Positions 18,493 to 28,579 of a stretch of 64,000 nt of DNA are shown here, one piece after another. Position 1 is the stretch's first letter, and each line of letters starts with the position of its first letter. Location: sequence record OR699282.2, one strand, 5' to 3'. The position numbers and the translations under genes were made by a program. Under the pieces are notes generated by a model. It was not told the DNA's origin and searched no databases. It saw nothing but the letters and a program-made list of their open reading frames with translations.

Positions 18493-19818
18493 ATGACTAC
18501 TCAAAACGATATCCTGAACGTTAAACTGACTCCAAAGAAAGCTAAAGAAGCAATGGCACTAGCTGACATGATTCAAGATAGCCTGATGATTTGGGGTAGC
18601 CCAGGTATCGGTAAGTCTGCAATCGCTCGTCAATACGCTGATGAAAATTACCCACTGCGTAAAGATAACGTAGCTAAAATCGAGTTCATGAAACAACAAA
18701 TCGAAGCTGACCCTGAAAATGCTGATCAGCTACGTCGTGAACTGGCTGCATTTGAAGCAAAACTAATCGACCAAGATACTAACTTTATCGATTTCCGTTT
18801 GTCTCAAATCGAACCAAGTGACCTTCGCGGTATTCCAGTACCAGAGAAGCTTTTCCGTAAAACTGACGGTTCTCTTCTGAAAGAATCTGAGCTTGCCGAA
18901 GCAAAAGATTATGTAGCTGAAACTGCGGTAGTATGGGCTGCACCTAAAGTTCTGAAATTGTCCGAAGATTGGAAAGGTGTTATTCTGTTTGACGAAATTA
19001 ACTCTGCAATGCCTATTGTTCAGGCAGCGTCTTATCAGCTAATCCTCGACCGTTGTGTTGGTGAGATGAAGCTACCTAAGACTGCACTGATTCTTGCAGC
19101 AGGTAACCGTGAAACTGATGGCGGTGTAACTTTCTCTCTTGCTACACCACTGCGTGACCGTATGACTCACATTGAGATGATTCCTTATCATCAAGATTGG
19201 ATTAACGATTATGCGATTGCAAAACGTTTGAACCCAGCAACTGTTGCGTTCATCAACAACACTGGTTCTAAGTACTTTAACACACTTAGTCCACAAGATC
19301 CTTCTCACAGTGGTGGTACTTCTCCACGTTCATGGGAAGCAGTAGCACGCTACGAAGATCTCAAGAAAACTAAGACAATTGATAAAGAAGTGTTCCGTGC
19401 AATGATTGCTGGTCGTGTTGGTGAAGGTGTTGCAACTGAATACATTGAGTACGTTGAGAACGTTGCTAAACTACCAGATACTATGTCTATTCTGTCTGGT
19501 GAAATCAAAGAAATCGACGCAACGCTGGATATTTCTGCGAACTACTTTATCACTCTGAACTTGGTTTATAAAATTATCGACCTGTTCAATGAGAAGCAAG
19601 AACAACGTCTACCAGTGGAAGAATGGGGTAAACTGTGTAACAACTTCATCACCTTCCTAGACCATAACTTCTCTGCAACTCAAGCAGAACTGGCAGTACT
19701 GGCAATTCGTACCATCACGCTTCATAAGGTTGCGATTTCCATTAAAGATGTACCAGCGTTTAAAGATTTCATCGCTAAGTACTCTGATCTTGTACGTAAA
19801 GCACGCTCTCTTGGCTAA
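18493..19818 (+). CDS. MoxR-like AAA+ ATPase
   Basis: Walker A GSPGIGKS, Walker B ILFDE, LILAAGN, Arg finger PLRDR, SPRSWE. Confidence 0.88.
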   Translation: MTTQNDILNVKLTPKKAKEAMALADMIQDSLMIWGSPGIGKSAIARQYADENYPLRKDNVAKIEFMKQQIEADPENADQLRRELAAFEAKLIDQDTNFIDFRLSQIEPSDLRGIPVPEKLFRKTDGSLLKESELAEAKDYVAETAVVWAAPKVLKLSEDWKGVILFDEINSAMPIVQAASYQLILDRCVGEMKLPKTALILAAGNRETDGGVTFSLATPLRDRMTHIEMIPYHQDWINDYAIAKRLNPATVAFINNTGSKYFNTLSPQDPSHSGGTSPRSWEAVARYEDLKKTKTIDKEVFRAMIAGRVGEGVATEYIEYVENVAKLPDTMSILSGEIKEIDATLDISANYFITLNLVYKIIDLFNEKQEQRLPVEEWGKLCNNFITFLDHNFSATQAELAVLAIRTITLHKVAISIKDVPAFKDFIAKYSDLVRKARSLG

Positions 19819-19837
19819 TTAACAAAGAGTTGTTGAC

Positions 19838-19867
19838 AAGAAGGATGCCTAATGGTATCCTTCTTTT
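19838..19867 (+). terminator. terminator-like hairpin between MoxR and VWA genes
   Basis: AAGAAGGATGCC-TAAT-GGTATCCTTCTT-TT. Confidence 0.7.
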
Positions 19868-19892
19868 ATCTTAACTAAACGAGGAAATATAC

Positions 19893-21317
19893 ATGTCAGA
19901 TAACAAATCTACTTCAAGATTCAATGAAGTATCTCCGGCACTCCAGAAAGAATGTCAAGAACGTCTGGTTCTGGCTCGTACATCTTTGATGTTAACTGCA
20001 CCATTCTTTGGTGTACTCGCTTCACGTTTACGTCCAGTTCCTAATAATACATGGTGTCGTACTCTAGCAGTGGATGGTAAACATCTATTCTACAACGTAG
20101 AATTTGTAATGGGCATTCAAGACCCATCTAAAAAGAAAGAATATGAAGAAGCTATTCGTGAAAAGCACCCTGAAGTTACAGACGAACAATTAAAAGAAAT
20201 GACTGAAGGTTTGACTGATGAAAACCTTGTTGCTGTAATTTGTCATGAAATTCTACACTGTGCTTACGATCACTTCCTTCGTCGTGGTATGCGTGATCCG
20301 CAACGTTATAACCGTGCAGCGGATTATGCCATTAACCAAATCATCGTTCGTGAGAAAATTGGAAAAATCCAAAGTTCATGGTTGTATGATAAAAAATATG
20401 AAGGTATGACCGCAGAAGAGATTTACATTCTTCTTGAAGAAGAAGAACAAAAAGAAGATGGTGAAGGTGAAGGTCAACCACAAAGTGGTGGTGGCGAAGG
20501 TGAAGGTAAAAATCGCGGTACTTTTGGCGATATTAAAGATGGTAAGGGTAAACCAAAAGGTACTACCATTGACCAGCATGACGTTCCACAAGAAGGTCAA
20601 GAGGGTGGTTCAAGTGAACAGCAAAAACGTGATTACATGGATGATTTCAAAACAGCAATGATGAATGCTGCTCGTGCAGGTGGTACACCAGCAGAAATCG
20701 CTCGTATGATTAACAACTTTAAAGAACCAAAGATTGACTGGCGTTCAAAACTTCAACGTACACTTCGTAGTTGGTTGAAGTCTGATGCAACATATCAAAA
20801 TCCGAATCGTCGTTCTTGGGGTGCAGGTTTTGGTTCTAATGGTTCATTCTATGGTAATCCAATTTACCCAGGGATGAAACCAGATGATGATATTGATATT
20901 GCGATTGCACTAGATGCTTCTGGGTCTATTTCTGAAGATATGCTTCGTGATTTCATTAGTGAAGTTCTTGGCATCACTAAACAATTCAAACAGTTTAAGA
21001 TTCGTATCATGACTTTTGATACTGAAGTTTATACTGTAAAGGATTACAAAACTGGCGAAGAACGTAAGATTCTGGAATATCCAGTAAAAGGTGGTGGTGG
21101 TACTGACTTTGAAGCAGTATGGGTTCATATGAAGAACGACAACTACAAGCCTAAACAGCTTGTAATGTTTACTGATGGTGAACCGTGGCAGTCATGGGGT
21201 GATCCAAACTACTGTAAAACACTGTTCGTGATTCACAGTAACCCAAATAAAGTTGCACCATTTGGTGAGACTGTACACTACGAATATGAAGCTGATAAAA
21301 AGCGTCAACGTAGTTAA
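19893..21317 (+). CDS. HExxH metallopeptidase-like plus VWA domain protein (MoxR partner)
   Basis: TLAVDG, CHEILH (HExxH), NRAADYAIN; MIDAS DASGS, GGGTDF and FTDG motifs. Confidence 0.88.
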   Translation: MSDNKSTSRFNEVSPALQKECQERLVLARTSLMLTAPFFGVLASRLRPVPNNTWCRTLAVDGKHLFYNVEFVMGIQDPSKKKEYEEAIREKHPEVTDEQLKEMTEGLTDENLVAVICHEILHCAYDHFLRRGMRDPQRYNRAADYAINQIIVREKIGKIQSSWLYDKKYEGMTAEEIYILLEEEEQKEDGEGEGQPQSGGGEGEGKNRGTFGDIKDGKGKPKGTTIDQHDVPQEGQEGGSSEQQKRDYMDDFKTAMMNAARAGGTPAEIARMINNFKEPKIDWRSKLQRTLRSWLKSDATYQNPNRRSWGAGFGSNGSFYGNPIYPGMKPDDDIDIAIALDASGSISEDMLRDFISEVLGITKQFKQFKIRIMTFDTEVYTVKDYKTGEERKILEYPVKGGGGTDFEAVWVHMKNDNYKPKQLVMFTDGEPWQSWGDPNYCKTLFVIHSNPNKVAPFGETVHYEYEADKKRQRS

Positions 21318-21329
21318 GTACTAAATAAT

Positions 21330-21358
21330 GAGAACGGAATTTTCCGTTCTCTTCTTTT
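21330..21358 (+). terminator. intrinsic terminator
   Basis: GAGAACGGAA-TT-TTCCGTTCTC-TTCTTTT. Confidence 0.75.
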
Positions 21359-21362
21359 ATAA

Positions 21363-21392
21363 GTGGGACAACTTATAAAAATATGATATAAT
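21363..21392 (+). promoter_or_regulatory. promoter, GACAA-N12-TGATATAAT class (GGGACA variant)
   Basis: GTGGGACA, 13 nt, TGATATAAT; same layout as the site at 2350. Confidence 0.65.
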
Positions 21393-21411
21393 AGTTAATG
21401 TACCAATATAC

Positions 21412-21672
21412 ATGGAGAGTATTAAAATGGAACAAGAAAATAATCAAATTCAACTAACCCTTCTAGACCTAATCAATGCTGCAAAAATCATGGAAGCTGC
21501 TGTTGCACGAAACACCTTTAAAGTTGAAGAACTTGTCGAGGTTGCTCCAGTTGTATCTAAATTTGTTTCTTTTGCAAATGTCGCTCTTGAAGATATTAAA
21601 GCACAAGAAGATGCAGCTAAAGAAGAAGCTGAATCACAAGATAGTGAAACTCAAGAAGATAAAGGAGAATAA
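21412..21672 (+). CDS. small acidic hypothetical protein
   Basis: Downstream of a promoter; the start may be ATG 21427 (GGAG upstream); LTLLDL...F..EEL helix pattern. Confidence 0.75.
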   Translation: MESIKMEQENNQIQLTLLDLINAAKIMEAAVARNTFKVEELVEVAPVVSKFVSFANVALEDIKAQEDAAKEEAESQDSETQEDKGE

Positions 21673-21674
21673 TT

Positions 21675-22331
21675 ATGGCAGCTATTCGTCATGTTGGTGT
21701 AATGCGTAATACAGGTTCTCGTGTTTTTGTTGTTTGGCGTTCACTACCAGATGATCCTGAACACTGCCTTATCGTTTATCGTGATTCACTACCAGAAGCA
21801 TATGTTCACGCAGTAACTGATATTGTTATGGGTCATGGTCAATCTAATATTGATTTGTGGGAAGTAATGCATAAAATTGGTTATCTCGATGGACGCAAAA
21901 TGCTAGATGTTCTACACAACATGCAGCATCTACGTCGCGTTCGTACTTGTGACATTGATATGCACACTGGTGGTAATAATAAAATTTCTCTTGATGTTCT
22001 AAACAAAGCATTAGATGAGAATCAAGCGAAAGTACAAGAAGATGGTAAAGTAAAAGACTTTAACCCATTCAATCCACAAGAAGCAGACACTAAAGTAGAA
22101 GAAGCTACTATTGTAGAAAAACTTCTCTCTGATGCACAAAAATTTGAACAACTGGCTAAAGAACATTATGAACGTGCATACAATTTAGAGCCAAGCTTGC
22201 GTCCGCAAACACAAGTTGTTGAACAACCGAAAGATAGTAAAACAATTTATCTAGAAATTCCAGAAGGTATTTCACAGACTAAAGCTATTGAGAAAGTAAA
22301 ACAACTATTTGCAGAACGTAAAGCAAAATAA
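21675..22331 (+). CDS. hypothetical protein
   Basis: GGAG RBS; 218 aa; helical C-terminus. Confidence 0.8.
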   Translation: MAAIRHVGVMRNTGSRVFVVWRSLPDDPEHCLIVYRDSLPEAYVHAVTDIVMGHGQSNIDLWEVMHKIGYLDGRKMLDVLHNMQHLRRVRTCDIDMHTGGNNKISLDVLNKALDENQAKVQEDGKVKDFNPFNPQEADTKVEEATIVEKLLSDAQKFEQLAKEHYERAYNLEPSLRPQTQVVEQPKDSKTIYLEIPEGISQTKAIEKVKQLFAERKAK

Positions 22332-22334
22332 AAT

Positions 22335-22928
22335 ATGAAAAAGAATGAATTAGATGAAGCAATTAAAGGTTTATCTAATGTATGTTTTAGTGGCGGGGCA
22401 GCAGGTGCTGACCGCCTTTTTTCTATCTATGCAAAAAATAATGGATTTGAAGTTATTAATTTTTCATTCAAAGGTCATGAGCATAGTGTAGATGAAAGTA
22501 CTATATTAGAAATACCATCCAATATTCTATCTGATATTTCTATATTAAATCAACTAAACATTGCATGTTACTCGTTGCAGCGAAAAGTGCCAAAGCCTGG
22601 TTCTTATGTTTACAACTTACTTGCAAGGAATAGTTATCAGATACTTAATACAGAAAGAATATATTGTATTGCAAATATCACATCACCAACTAAGGTAAGT
22701 GGTGGTACTGCATGGGCAGTACAGATGTATATGGATTCAGTTGAAAATCCTGAAATTTATTGTTATGATATGAATTCACGTTCAGTATTTTATTTCGATA
22801 CAGTACTGAAAGAGTTCACACAAACATTCGTCGTTCCAGCACCACATGGTAACTGGACTGGTATTGGTTCACGCAATGCCACAGAAAAACATATGGAACA
22901 TTTTATTACATTTTTCAAGGAAGAATAA
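22335..22928 (+). CDS. SLOG/DprA-YspA-like Rossmannoid protein
   Basis: CFSGGAAGAD, RNSYQI, SGGTAWAV and WTGIGSR motifs. Confidence 0.65.
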   Translation: MKKNELDEAIKGLSNVCFSGGAAGADRLFSIYAKNNGFEVINFSFKGHEHSVDESTILEIPSNILSDISILNQLNIACYSLQRKVPKPGSYVYNLLARNSYQILNTERIYCIANITSPTKVSGGTAWAVQMYMDSVENPEIYCYDMNSRSVFYFDTVLKEFTQTFVVPAPHGNWTGIGSRNATEKHMEHFITFFKEE

Positions 22929-23857
22929 TGAAACAACTACAAGAACTATATCAAAAAATTCTAGATGAAGGCGTAGAAAGCGTTGACCGTACTGGTGTTG
23001 GAACAATCAAACTTATCGGTCAACAAATGCGTTTTGACCTTAAAGATGGTTTCCCAGCAGTGACGACAAAACGTCTAGCTTGGAAAGCAATGACTTCAGA
23101 ATTACTATGGTTTATTGAAGGTTCCCATGATGAGCGTCGCCTTTGTGAAATTTTGCATGGAACTCGTGATACAGAAAAGAAAACTATTTGGACAGATAAT
23201 TACCTAAATCAAGGCGTTGCTCTTGGTTATACTGATGGTGAGTTAGGTCCAGTGTATGGTAAGCAATGGCGTGAATGGGAAGATTATAAATTTAGTTCCA
23301 GTACTGAAGAAATTCAAGAATTAAAAGATAAAGGATACAAAGTTATCGATTATACTGGTTCACATGGTGTTGTTATGAAACGTACAACTGACCAATTACA
23401 GGAACTAATCAATGGTATAAATTCCGATCCATATGGTCGTCGCCATATTCTAAGTGCATGGAACGTTGGTGAGCTTGATGATATGACGTTGCCACCTTGT
23501 CATAGCTTTGTACAATTTTGTGTAGTACAAGGGAAACTAAGCTGCATTCTACATCAAAGATCCGCTGATCTATTTTTGGGAGTTCCATTTAATATCAGTA
23601 GTTATTCACTACTAACTCATATGATTGCACAAATTACGGGTTTAGATGTTGGTGAATTTATTTGGAATGGTGGTGATTGCCACATTTATAAAAACCACGT
23701 TGAACAAGTAAAAGAACAACTACAGAGAAAACCTCGTGAATTACCTGAATTATGGCTTGATCCTACAATTACTAATATTGAAGATTTCACAATGGATTCT
23801 TTCAAATTAATGAATTACAATCCAATGCCAACAATTAAAGCACCGATGGCTGTATAA
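22928..23857 (+). CDS. thyA: thymidylate synthase
   Basis: DRTGVGT, ELLWF, LPPCH, QRSADLFLGVPFNI and GDCHIY motifs. Confidence 0.96.
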   Translation: MKQLQELYQKILDEGVESVDRTGVGTIKLIGQQMRFDLKDGFPAVTTKRLAWKAMTSELLWFIEGSHDERRLCEILHGTRDTEKKTIWTDNYLNQGVALGYTDGELGPVYGKQWREWEDYKFSSSTEEIQELKDKGYKVIDYTGSHGVVMKRTTDQLQELINGINSDPYGRRHILSAWNVGELDDMTLPPCHSFVQFCVVQGKLSCILHQRSADLFLGVPFNISSYSLLTHMIAQITGLDVGEFIWNGGDCHIYKNHVEQVKEQLQRKPRELPELWLDPTITNIEDFTMDSFKLMNYNPMPTIKAPMAV

Positions 23858-23890
23858 AAGAAAAGGGAGAACTGATGTTCTCCCTTTTTT
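23856..23890. terminator. bidirectional terminator
   Basis: AAAAGGGAGAAC-TGAT-GTTCTCCCTTTTTT between convergent thyA and fibre genes. Confidence 0.85.
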
Positions 23891-23891
23891 A

Positions 23892-25856
23892 TTATCTAAT
23901 TGTTACCAATGTTCTTCCGTCGAAACGTACATCAGGTGTTGAAGGTATACTGAACACTACGTTAGTGCCGTTAAACGTCACGCTATCGACCTCAACACGA
24001 GTATAGACACCAGGACTAACCTGTTCCTGTATCTCTGCTGTGACGATGTTTGAGGCTGTTACAGTAAGGGTGTAGTAGTTACCACTTAAGACCCAAGATG
24101 AAATGGTAAAAGCATCGGTTCTCACTGAACCTGAACCAATTGGAACCCATTGACCTTGAACTTTTTGCATTGAAGTACGCTCGGTATTGGAGTATGCAAT
24201 CATACCATCAACGCCAACAGAGTTATCAATAGTAGCTAGTACTGGTAATTGGATACCATATCTATTAAAACGTGTTCTTATAGTTCCATTATCATAGATA
24301 CTTACATCAGCATAATTACCCATTGATAGTTTTAAATCAGAACTAACTAATTGGATTGTACTTTGATTAGTAGCACTTTCTAATGTAATTATACCATTAG
24401 CTAATAGATTTATATTTTTAAATTTATTAGTTGTTCCATTAAAATTAGTATTAGCTGTAAAAGTACTAACACCATTAACTGTAATGGTATCTGATGCAGC
24501 ATCACCTAATGTGGTATTACCTTGAATGTTCAAATTACCACTAGCAGTTATATTACTAGCTGATGTATCCCCAGTTAATGTACTTGTACCATCAACAACA
24601 ATATTACCATGAAACGCACTTTCGCCATTTTTAAATTCAACTTGAACTTTATTCATTGAACTAAATGAAATAATATTACTACTAGCACTTAATCCCACAT
24701 TAGTATTAGTTGCATTATCAAATCTTAGTACTGGCGTTGATGCAGGTGTTGATGTTGATTGATATAATGTTAGTGTTGAATTATTAATTCGAACACGTTC
24801 TGTACCAGCAGTACTGAACCCAATTGCGTCATCGGCTGGATGAAATATACCAGTATTAGCATCGGACCACTTAGTTGGGTCATTACCTGGGTTATTCGTT
24901 GGGTCAAACGGATTATTGTTAAATGTCAATGCTGGTGCTGCTGCACTTCCATACACCACCCCAAAACGCCCAGAGCCGTCTGTTCCATCATTATACATGG
25001 AATCACCAGTTCTACGTAAACACTCAATCACAACGTTATCTATGGATGTTTGAACGGTCCCTGCGTTTGTCCTAAATTGACGATGATTTGCAATCATTAC
25101 AGTATTGTCATATAATACTGAAGCAGCGGAAATGCTTGTTCTTGACTGGCGTAGACGTATGTTTTTATCTTCAGTTATAATAATCCAATCACCATCTGAT
25201 AGTGCGGTTTGGTTCATTGGAACACCTGAAGCAAATGGTTTGGTTAAGTCAGCATCTGTTGCTAAATTTTTAAGACCATCATGACCAGTACTCGGAATAG
25301 ATGCAGGAATAATTCTAGCGAAAGCGTATGTTACTAGTTTAGCACCAGATATATTTGGATTAGAGTCAACATAATATAAAATTTCAATCCAATTACCTTG
25401 TCCAGTTGGATTTGTAGGAGTAAATGTAACAGGACTTGTTTGTGGATTATTTGCTTCATAATGGGCTTGTGCGGCATCCATAATACCACGAACAACATAA
25501 TAATCACCATTTAGTGATGCTGCTGGTGCTGGTAGTGGAGTTTGTGCTAAAGGTGGATCAATATCATCTGGAATAGGATTATATGTACCAACAAATTGTA
25601 AACCACTAGTTACTGAATCTGGTAATTGGGAAGTAAGAAGTTTACCATTTGCATCTAAGTTTGCAAAACGGCGATATGCCATCGTACCATCTTCAAAATC
25701 CAGAACACCTTCAAACGATTTCCATTCCTTATTGTATCTAATCATCCCTGATCTTATTACATCAGCGGTTTCTTTTGATGGTGCTTTCGGTAACTCTAAA
25801 AAAGATTTACTATCAATAATTACACCACCATCACCTCTAATTCGATTTATACTCAT
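23892..25856 (-). CDS. tail fibre-like virion protein, 654 aa
   Basis: GMIRYN and GMIAYSN knob motifs, TGIFHPADDAIGFSTAGTERVRI, beta-helix VDGTSTLTGD repeats. Confidence 0.75.
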   Translation of the reverse strand: MSINRIRGDGGVIIDSKSFLELPKAPSKETADVIRSGMIRYNKEWKSFEGVLDFEDGTMAYRRFANLDANGKLLTSQLPDSVTSGLQFVGTYNPIPDDIDPPLAQTPLPAPAASLNGDYYVVRGIMDAAQAHYEANNPQTSPVTFTPTNPTGQGNWIEILYYVDSNPNISGAKLVTYAFARIIPASIPSTGHDGLKNLATDADLTKPFASGVPMNQTALSDGDWIIITEDKNIRLRQSRTSISAASVLYDNTVMIANHRQFRTNAGTVQTSIDNVVIECLRRTGDSMYNDGTDGSGRFGVVYGSAAAPALTFNNNPFDPTNNPGNDPTKWSDANTGIFHPADDAIGFSTAGTERVRINNSTLTLYQSTSTPASTPVLRFDNATNTNVGLSASSNIISFSSMNKVQVEFKNGESAFHGNIVVDGTSTLTGDTSASNITASGNLNIQGNTTLGDAASDTITVNGVSTFTANTNFNGTTNKFKNINLLANGIITLESATNQSTIQLVSSDLKLSMGNYADVSIYDNGTIRTRFNRYGIQLPVLATIDNSVGVDGMIAYSNTERTSMQKVQGQWVPIGSGSVRTDAFTISSWVLSGNYYTLTVTASNIVTAEIQEQVSPGVYTRVEVDSVTFNGTNVVFSIPSTPDVRFDGRTLVTIR

Positions 25857-25903
25857 TTAAATATTTCCTCAGAATAGATTTATATGATGTATTTATTTTA
25901 GTT

Positions 25904-25934
25904 AAAAGAAAAGGCCAAGCATAGACTTGACCTT
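25904..25934 (-). terminator. intrinsic terminator
   Basis: Minus strand AAGGTCAAG-TCTATG-CTTGGCCTT-TTCTTTT. Confidence 0.7.
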
Positions 25935-25943
25935 AATATGTTA

Positions 25944-27680
25944 TTAAACTACAGAAACTCCACTCATTGAAGGTGGAACGATTTGTTCAGCAATTAATAA
26001 TAAATTAGTTACTGTAAACTTACCACCATGTGACATTAACGTAATAGGTGTTCCATTAGTTACTAGGTTACCATTTTCATCAACACTTAAAAATGTATTA
26101 AATGAAATAGTATCAACCGTGATAGTTGGTGTTCTAACTTGATTGATATTATTAAATTGAGTATTTGTAAAATTAATAGCAAAACTCATATTAGACGAAC
26201 TAGTAGTCCATGTACCGTATATATTTAATTTGAAATTTAGAGAGGAATTGAAATTATAAACATTTAACTTATTACTTGTTGTATTGAAGAAACTATCTAG
26301 TGTTCCACTAGTGGGTGTGAATGATTTAAGTATTTGAATTAAATTTTGTTCAATTCCATCAGTGAATTGTATATTTAAGTTTGAATAATATAATTCTCTT
26401 TTTCGACGAATTAGGTTAGTAGTATTATTACCATTAACAAATAATCCAGTACTATCTGATGTTAATATATTACCAGAGGTATTACTGATTTTAGATGAAA
26501 TTACATTAGCGTCAATAGATATACCATTTCCCGCAGTATATGAGGATGGCCCAGATGGAACATACAACCCATTTACGTCAGTTGTTAACGTATTTCCTGG
26601 CGTTGTGCTTATTTTAGTTGAAATTGTTTCAGAACTAATAGATATACCAGTACCACCAACGTAATTTATTCTTGTATTAGGTACAAATAATCCAGTACTG
26701 TCAGTAGATAGTATATTACCAGAAGTAGAACTAATTTTAGTACTGATTACTTCACCACTGATAGAAACACCGGAACCAGCACTATAAGATACTGAATTAT
26801 CAGGCACAAATAAACCATTACTTGTAGAAGATAGTATGTTTTCTGATGTCGGGTCAACCTTCACACTTATTACATCATCACTAATTGAAATTCCATTTCC
26901 TCCATTATAAGTAATTGAGCTATTAGGTACGAATAATCCATTAATATCTGATGTTAGTATATTACCAACAGTAGAACTAATTTTAGTACTTATTTGGTCA
27001 TCACTAATAGTAATGCCAGTACCAGCATTATAAGTTATCGAATTATCCGGCACGAATAGACCAGTACTATCAGTTGTAAGGATATTTCCTAAAGATGTGC
27101 TTATTTTTGATGATATAATATTATTATCTATTTTAATACTTTCACTACCTGTATATGTTACGGTATTATCAGGTACATATAAACCATCTTCGGCAATCGT
27201 GAGGATGTTACTAGGTGATGTACTGATTTTAGTTGAGATAGTATTATCACTTATTGATACACCCGTGCCACCAGAATACACAATTGAGGTATTAGGTACA
27301 TATAAACCATTAGCATCAGATATCAGAATATTTCCAGAATTTAAACTCACTTTAGCAGATATAACATTTGTATTAACATCTATACCATTTCCAGCTACAT
27401 AACTTACAGTATTATCAGGAACATACAAACCATTAGAATCATTACTAAGAATATTGCCTTGTGTTGAACTTATTTTTGTGGATATTAAATTAGAAGATAT
27501 TGATATACCAGTTCCACCTTGATAGTTAATAGTATTATCTGGAACATATAAACCATCACTTTCATGAATTAAAATATTTTTATTTTTAGTACTAATATCA
27601 GGCACTGGTATCTTGCCTATTAGTTCGCCGTCATAACTGATATCACCATTTACAATAATATCTGTTCTTATATTATACAT
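25944..27680 (-). CDS. tail fibre with 41-aa shaft repeats and a C-terminal Sf6-type needle-knob domain
   Basis: ATG 27680 with AAGGA RBS; nine GL(Y/F)VP..GNIL repeats; C-terminal SGTLDSFFNT..NKL...FLSVDENGNLVTNG...LIAEQ resembles the Sf6 gp9 knob. Confidence 0.8.
   Translation of the reverse strand: MYNIRTDIIVNGDISYDGELIGKIPVPDISTKNKNILIHESDGLYVPDNTINYQGGTGISISSNLISTKISSTQGNILSNDSNGLYVPDNTVSYVAGNGIDVNTNVISAKVSLNSGNILISDANGLYVPNTSIVYSGGTGVSISDNTISTKISTSPSNILTIAEDGLYVPDNTVTYTGSESIKIDNNIISSKISTSLGNILTTDSTGLFVPDNSITYNAGTGITISDDQISTKISSTVGNILTSDINGLFVPNSSITYNGGNGISISDDVISVKVDPTSENILSSTSNGLFVPDNSVSYSAGSGVSISGEVISTKISSTSGNILSTDSTGLFVPNTRINYVGGTGISISSETISTKISTTPGNTLTTDVNGLYVPSGPSSYTAGNGISIDANVISSKISNTSGNILTSDSTGLFVNGNNTTNLIRRKRELYYSNLNIQFTDGIEQNLIQILKSFTPTSGTLDSFFNTTSNKLNVYNFNSSLNFKLNIYGTWTTSSSNMSFAINFTNTQFNNINQVRTPTITVDTISFNTFLSVDENGNLVTNGTPITLMSHGGKFTVTNLLLIAEQIVPPSMSGVSVV
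26436..27557 (-). repeat. nine tandem coding repeats of about 123 bp (41 aa)
   Basis: Unit such as DGLYVPDNTINYQGGTGISISSNLISTKISSTQGNILSNDS occurs nine times, plus a partial tenth. Confidence 0.9.
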
Positions 27681-27702
27681 ATATTTTTCCTTATAATGAA
27701 AC

Positions 27703-27731
27703 AAAAAAAGGTCAACTATTGTTGACCTTTA
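27703..27731 (-). terminator. intrinsic terminator
   Basis: AAAAGGTCAAC-TATT-GTTGACCTTTT with an A tract on the plus strand. Confidence 0.75.
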
Positions 27732-27735
27732 TTAA

Positions 27736-28515
27736 TTAACGTATACGTTCAGGAATATCAATACCTTCATATACCCAAATTGCAGCTTGTTGTGCTTTAT
27801 AAATTGCATCAGGATCTAAATCATCAACCGCATCAATTGCAGAACACTGTTTATCACATTCGGTAAACAATTGCTCAATCATTGCAAATGCTTCAGTATA
27901 TAGTTGTGTCATTTCAGCAGCAGATAATTTAACAATTGCATCATCAAGAAAAATAGAAACACTTTCAGAGCCTGAAGTGACTTGTGTATAATAATTAAGA
28001 AGCATTTGACGACCAGACATATCAGTACTGTAACGATGACCATTGAACATATAACCAGAATTCATACGATTTGTACGTTCTGATATAGTTCTTGCTTTTA
28101 AATCAGCTTTAACATCTGCTATTGGCATATCAATATAATGATATGTTTTAAGAACAGTTAGTGCTTTATATTCTTCGGTAGCGTCTTCTAAAAATTCAAC
28201 AATAGGTTGATTTTCATCTTTTAATTTAATAAACTCCAACGGTTGTTCAATAGCATTAACATTTCCAACATTTTTATACACTAACCACCAAAAACCTTCT
28301 TCTTTTCTAACAGCATCATTAGGTTCTACTGGGGAACCATCTTTACTTGAAATACCATAAAGAGTTCTAATATCACTATAAAGATAACGATAGGTTTGTG
28401 GATCTTCTGGTGTTGCACCAGGACGTTCTTTAAGTCCTTTTACACCAATTGGATTGGAAATAATGTTTCCCAATTCATAATTTTCTTTTGAATTTCCTTT
28501 CACATATGTGAACAT
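27736..28515 (-). CDS. tail fibre assembly/chaperone-like protein (DUF4376-like C-terminus)
   Basis: R..RMNSGYMFNGHRYSTD pattern; lies between fibre genes. Confidence 0.55.
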   Translation of the reverse strand: MFTYVKGNSKENYELGNIISNPIGVKGLKERPGATPEDPQTYRYLYSDIRTLYGISSKDGSPVEPNDAVRKEEGFWWLVYKNVGNVNAIEQPLEFIKLKDENQPIVEFLEDATEEYKALTVLKTYHYIDMPIADVKADLKARTISERTNRMNSGYMFNGHRYSTDMSGRQMLLNYYTQVTSGSESVSIFLDDAIVKLSAAEMTQLYTEAFAMIEQLFTECDKQCSAIDAVDDLDPDAIYKAQQAAIWVYEGIDIPERIR

Positions 28516-28579
28516 ATAACTACCTCACTTGTTATGATGGTGTCACCCAAAATGAGTGACACCTTTATTATTATAATTA

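Noticed and set aside
19833-19861. TTGACA-N17-TATCCT as a promoter for the VWA gene
   Set aside because: The -10 is weak and lies inside a terminator-like stem; not enough support.
22928-23857. thyA as a dCMP hydroxymethylase, or as an intron-containing gene
   Set aside because: It keeps the dUMP-specifying Asn (GVPFNI) and the ORF is continuous; it has only a roughly 25-30 aa loop insertion. It gives no support for cytosine hypermodification here.
26436-27557. Regularly spaced repeats as a possible CRISPR array
   Set aside because: They are degenerate in-frame 41-aa coding repeats, with no identical direct repeats or unique spacers.
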